Assembly: GCF_000025125.1 (NCBI RefSeq)
Contig: NC_013771.1
Location: 270,001-302,000 of the forward strand
From: Candidatus Atelocyanobacterium thalassa isolate ALOHA
Lineage (GTDB): Bacteria > Cyanobacteriota > Cyanobacteriia > Cyanobacteriales > Microcystaceae
Length of the DNA stretch: 32,000 nucleotides
Reading direction: 5' to 3'
Of this stretch, positions 28,865 to 32,000 are shown one piece after another; the stretch's first letter is position 1, and every line of letters starts with the position of its first letter. The translations under genes were made by a program, and so were the position numbers. Below the pieces are notes generated by a model. It was given only the letters and a program-made list of their open reading frames with translations. It searched no databases and had not been told where the DNA came from.

Positions 28865-29035
28865 TTTACCGTATTTACTTTTTATTAAAATAGCTTTCAA
28901 CTTAACTATATTATTTCTGATATATCAGCATAATGTAATTACTTTGATTTGTTTATTAAATAATAAAATATTTCAAAATTTGGAATGGTTAATAAAAGCG
29001 GTTTTGGTAGTTAAAACATTCACTAATCATAATGA

Positions 29036-29674
29036 TTATTTTCCTCTAATTGTTGAGTAAACTGAAAGTTTTACGACTTTAGCTAATCCATTTTTCTGTT
29101 CTATTTTTTTTAGATTTTTTATTTTAGTTTCTAATTCTTTTACTATATTAGAATATTCCCAAGTTTTACGTTGATTGGTTGAAATGGTAACATTCTTATA
29201 AGTTAAGCTTGTTCCATTTTCTTGTTTATAATTATTTGCATAAGTTGTAATATCTTCTTTTAAAATTTCTTTTTCTTCTTCTAATTTCTCGATTAGATTT
29301 GATATTTTTAAATATCTATCAATTTTTTCCTGAAATGATGAACATTTAGAATTGGATATTTTGTCATTGCTTATTTGATCTTTATTCTGATTCCAAGAAG
29401 GTGTATAAAAAATTGTATATTCTGCTTCTATATCTTCTAGCTCTGTTTGGTTGCAGAGCAAATAATAGATCTTATGAATATCATACTTATGCAGATCAGA
29501 TAAATTATAACTTAGTAAATACTGTCTAAGATTGATGGAATTTCCTATATAGTATACGTATCCAGAACTACTAGCCATCATATAAATACCTGTTTTTTCT
29601 GGCAAGTGAGTTAAATTATCTAAACTAACTTCTTTTAAATCTTCTAGTAAAGATAAGTTTGATATATTAGACAT
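29036..29674 (-). CDS. GIY-YIG domain protein with coiled-coil C-terminal region
   Basis: From the internal Met (MSNISNLSLLEDL...), the N-terminal ~95 aa carry GIY-x11-YIG-x4-NLRQ (TGIYMMASSSGYVYYIGNSINLRQ) plus downstream acidic residues (LEDIEAEY) and P.WN. The C-terminal half is Lys/Glu-rich and coiled-coil-like. ATG 29674 has a CCGGAGAA SD-like sequence upstream. Confidence 0.6.
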   Translation of the reverse strand: MSNISNLSLLEDLKEVSLDNLTHLPEKTGIYMMASSSGYVYYIGNSINLRQYLLSYNLSDLHKYDIHKIYYLLCNQTELEDIEAEYTIFYTPSWNQNKDQISNDKISNSKCSSFQEKIDRYLKISNLIEKLEEEKEILKEDITTYANNYKQENGTSLTYKNVTISTNQRKTWEYSNIVKELETKIKNLKKIEQKNGLAKVVKLSVYSTIRGK

Positions 29675-29760
29675 GAAAAATTCTCCGGCTTTCTTACAAA
29701 AGATAAAGTACAATTTAGAACAATAATCATTAATATTTATAATACGATAATAAAAAAATT

Positions 29761-31245
29761 ATGTTTGATGCTCTTACTGATCGCTTAGAGGAAGCTTGGA
29801 AAAAATTACGTGGTCAAAACATAATAACTCATGCAAATATACAGGAAACTTTAAAAGAGGTTAGACGTGCTCTTTTAGAGGCGGATGTTAATTTACAGGT
29901 AGTCAAAGATTTTATTGCAGATATTGAAAAATCTGCAATTGGTGTAAAAGTTATTCAAGGAGTTAATCCTGGGCAGCAGTTTATAAAAGTTGTTTATGAA
30001 GAATTAGTAAAAGTTATGGGAGAAAGTAATTCTCCTCTAGCTAAAGCAGAAAGTGATCCTACAGTTATCTTAATGGTAGGATTGCAAGGAACTGGTAAAA
30101 CAACTGCAACAGCAAAACTTGCTCATTATCTTAAAAAACAAAAGCAAAGTTGTTTAATGGTTGCTGCAGATATCTATCGTCCTGCAGCTATTGATCAATT
30201 AAAAACATTAGGACAACAAATTGAGGTTCCAGTTTTTGAATTAGGCAATCAAGAAAATCCTGTTAATATTGCTCTTCAGGGTGTTAACAAAGCTAAAGAG
30301 ATAGAAGCTGATGTAGTAATTATCGATACAGCAGGACGATTGCAGATTGATCAAGGGATGATGCTGGAGTTGACTCAGATAAAAGAGAGTATTAATCCTC
30401 ATGATACTTTATTAGTCGTAGATGCTATGACAGGACAAGAAGCGGCTAATCTTGCTCAAACTTTTCATGAAAAAATTAAAATTACAGGAACAATTTTAAC
30501 TAAAATGGATGGCGACACCAGAGGTGGAGCAGCTTTATCAGTTAGAAAAGTTTCAGGACAACCTATAAAGTTTGTTGGTGTCGGTGAAAAAATAGAAGCT
30601 TTACAACCTTTTTATCCTGATCGGATGGCTTCTAGAATATTAAATATGGGAGATATCCTCACACTAGTAGAAAAGGCTCAGGAAGAAATTGATTTTTCTG
30701 ACATGGAACAGCTACAGTCCAAAATTCTAGACGCAAAATTTGACTTTAATGATTTTCTTAAACAGACACGTCTAATGAAAAGTATGGGCTCATTTAGTAA
30801 TATTTTAAAAATGGTTCCGGGATTAAATAAAATCAATACAAAAGATATTGAAAAAGGGGAAAATGAACTCAAGCGTACTGAAGCTATGATTGGTTCTATG
30901 ACTTTAGAAGAACGTAAAGACCCAGATTTATTAGCAAAATCACCAAGTCGTAGATATCGTATAGCTAAAGGTTCAGGATATTCAGAAACTGAAATTAGTA
31001 AATTAATCAAAAACTTTACTAGAATGCGTACAATGATGCAGCAGTTAGGAAATGGTGGAATGCCTGGAATGGGAGGTGGAATGCCTGGAATGGGAGGTGG
31101 AATGCCTGGAATGGGAGGTGGAATGCCTGGAATGGGAAATTTGTTTAGTCAAGGGCCATCTAACGGATTCCGCGATCATTCACAAGTAAATCAAAAGAAA
31201 AAAGCTAAGAAAATTAAAAAGAAAAAAGGATTTGGAAGTCTATAA
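29761..31245 (+). CDS. ffh: Signal recognition particle protein Ffh (SRP54)
   Basis: It starts with the canonical MFDALTDRLEEAWKKLRG. It has NG-domain GTPase motifs (GLQGTGKTT, DTAGR, TKMDGD), a Met-rich M domain, a Gly/Met/Pro repeat and the Lys-rich tail ending KKGFGSL typical of cyanobacteria. Confidence 0.97.
   Translation: MFDALTDRLEEAWKKLRGQNIITHANIQETLKEVRRALLEADVNLQVVKDFIADIEKSAIGVKVIQGVNPGQQFIKVVYEELVKVMGESNSPLAKAESDPTVILMVGLQGTGKTTATAKLAHYLKKQKQSCLMVAADIYRPAAIDQLKTLGQQIEVPVFELGNQENPVNIALQGVNKAKEIEADVVIIDTAGRLQIDQGMMLELTQIKESINPHDTLLVVDAMTGQEAANLAQTFHEKIKITGTILTKMDGDTRGGAALSVRKVSGQPIKFVGVGEKIEALQPFYPDRMASRILNMGDILTLVEKAQEEIDFSDMEQLQSKILDAKFDFNDFLKQTRLMKSMGSFSNILKMVPGLNKINTKDIEKGENELKRTEAMIGSMTLEERKDPDLLAKSPSRRYRIAKGSGYSETEISKLIKNFTRMRTMMQQLGNGGMPGMGGGMPGMGGGMPGMGGGMPGMGNLFSQGPSNGFRDHSQVNQKKKAKKIKKKKGFGSL
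31054..31137 (+). repeat. Perfect 4 x 21-bp in-frame tandem repeat inside ffh (encodes GGMPGMG x4)
   Basis: GGTGGAATGCCTGGAATGGGA is repeated four times head to tail with no mismatch (31054-31074, 31075-31095, 31096-31116, 31117-31137). Confidence 0.95.
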
Positions 31246-31369
31246 ATATAATTTTCAAAACTCAATGTGGACAAATGATTAAAACTTACAATACTTATAG
31301 ACAAAAACCCTTTAAAATCAACAATGTCTATTTTTTACAAGGGATGATTTGAATAAACTAGTTGATTGT

Positions 31370-32000
31370 TCAAAGCTTATGTGCAATTAGAATTCCTAGC
31401 ATTTTTTCTTCGAGAAGTTCAGGCTTTTCTATCATAGGCATGTGTCCACAGTTTGGAAAATCAATAACATTTTTACCTTGGAAACTAAAGAGCTTATGAA
31501 AACTAGCTAGGTATCTTACATATTGAGACTCAATCAATCTATCTTGTCCTCCGGCTAAAAAATATACTGGCTGCGATAAACAGGCAACAATTTGTGGTAA
31601 TACATGAACTTCTTTTTCAGTAGTTGAATTCAATAAAGAGCCTAACGCAGCTATTGGGTTAGCTTTTATTAAATCTATTACTCTCTGTTTTCCCCATCTT
31701 CTAGCTATAGAATTTGTTATTATAATTTTTGAAAAAAGAATTTCAACTACAGGAAAGCCTAATAGCCAAGTAGGCTTATACCTAATTAATTGTTGTCCAA
31801 CAAGAAGAAATCGTTCAAATTCTTCTTTAAGGTATATACCACCGCCAACATTTAAACAGATGACCCCTTGAACTTTTTCCGGACAAAGTTCAGCTCCCCA
31901 TAATGCAATATTTCCTCCAACAGAGTGCCCTATCAACCAACTTTTGTGAATTTTTAATTTTTCTAATAGAATGACTAAGTCTTTTGCGTAAGTTTCTGGA
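31370..32000 (-). CDS. Alpha/beta-fold hydrolase (partial; N-terminus beyond window end)
   Basis: It has a nucleophile elbow G-H-S-V-G-G (LIGHSVGG) and a C-terminal catalytic His context (PNCGHMPMIEKPE). The reading frame stays open upstream of the track's TTG start to position 32000 (...PETYAKDLVILLEKLKIHKSWLIGHS), so the gene is truncated by the window. Confidence 0.75.
   Translation of the reverse strand, partial: PETYAKDLVILLEKLKIHKSWLIGHSVGGNIALWGAELCPEKVQGVICLNVGGGIYLKEEFERFLLVGQQLIRYKPTWLLGFPVVEILFSKIIITNSIARRWGKQRVIDLIKANPIAALGSLLNSTTEKEVHVLPQIVACLSQPVYFLAGGQDRLIESQYVRYLASFHKLFSFQGKNVIDFPNCGHMPMIEKPELLEEKMLGILIAHKL

Noticed and set aside
28845-29060. 71-aa plus-strand ORF bridging the end of glyQ and the end of the GIY-YIG gene
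   Set aside because: It overlaps both neighbouring genes' termini, and its product is Ile/Leu/Phe/Asn-rich as expected from translating AT-rich spacer. It is probably not a gene.
31054-31137. Direct repeats considered as a CRISPR-like array
   Set aside because: The units are contiguous with no spacers, only 21 bp long, in frame and inside ffh. This is a coding tandem repeat, not CRISPR. No other spaced repeats were seen in the window.

Overview
This looks like an AT-rich (roughly one-third G+C by eye) cyanobacterial chromosome segment made up almost entirely of core housekeeping genes. PSI genes psaC and psaD, a cyanobacterial-type rpoZ and a Lys-rich Ffh tail support the cyanobacterial call. 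Long AT-rich spacers suggest a streamlined or endosymbiont-like lineage such as a UCYN-A-like cyanobacterium, but that is only a guess without a database search. Gene content in order: secE-nusG-rplK-rplA-rplJ-rplL cluster (minus strand), tRNA-Pro(GGG), rpoZ, a small cupin-type mannose-6-phosphate isomerase, psaC, a membrane zinc-ribbon protein, a convergent pair of glycosyltransferases (GT4-like and an 826-aa ArnT/PMT-like enzyme with a TPR tail), nadK, psaD, L25, a Cas4-like PD-(D/E)XK nuclease, a DUF3747/SLH-like secreted protein, atpD-atpC, tadA, polA, a cupin protein, riboflavin synthase, a solitary C5 DNA methyltransferase, an S41 C-terminal processing protease, glyQ, a GIY-YIG protein, ffh and a partial alpha/beta hydrolase. 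I see no CRISPR array, transposase, integrase, prophage or clustered multi-gene defence island, and I do not claim a novel system. The items most worth a second look are: a perfect 40-bp inverted repeat just downstream of atpC; an adjacent intergenic stretch bounded by two plus-strand terminator-like hairpins (candidate sRNA); the orphan C5 methyltransferase with an HTH-like C-terminal tail; the GIY-YIG/coiled-coil protein between glyQ and ffh; the stand-alone Cas4-like nuclease; and a perfect 4 x 21 bp in-frame tandem repeat in ffh. All functional calls rest on recognising conserved protein motifs by eye, with no searches run.
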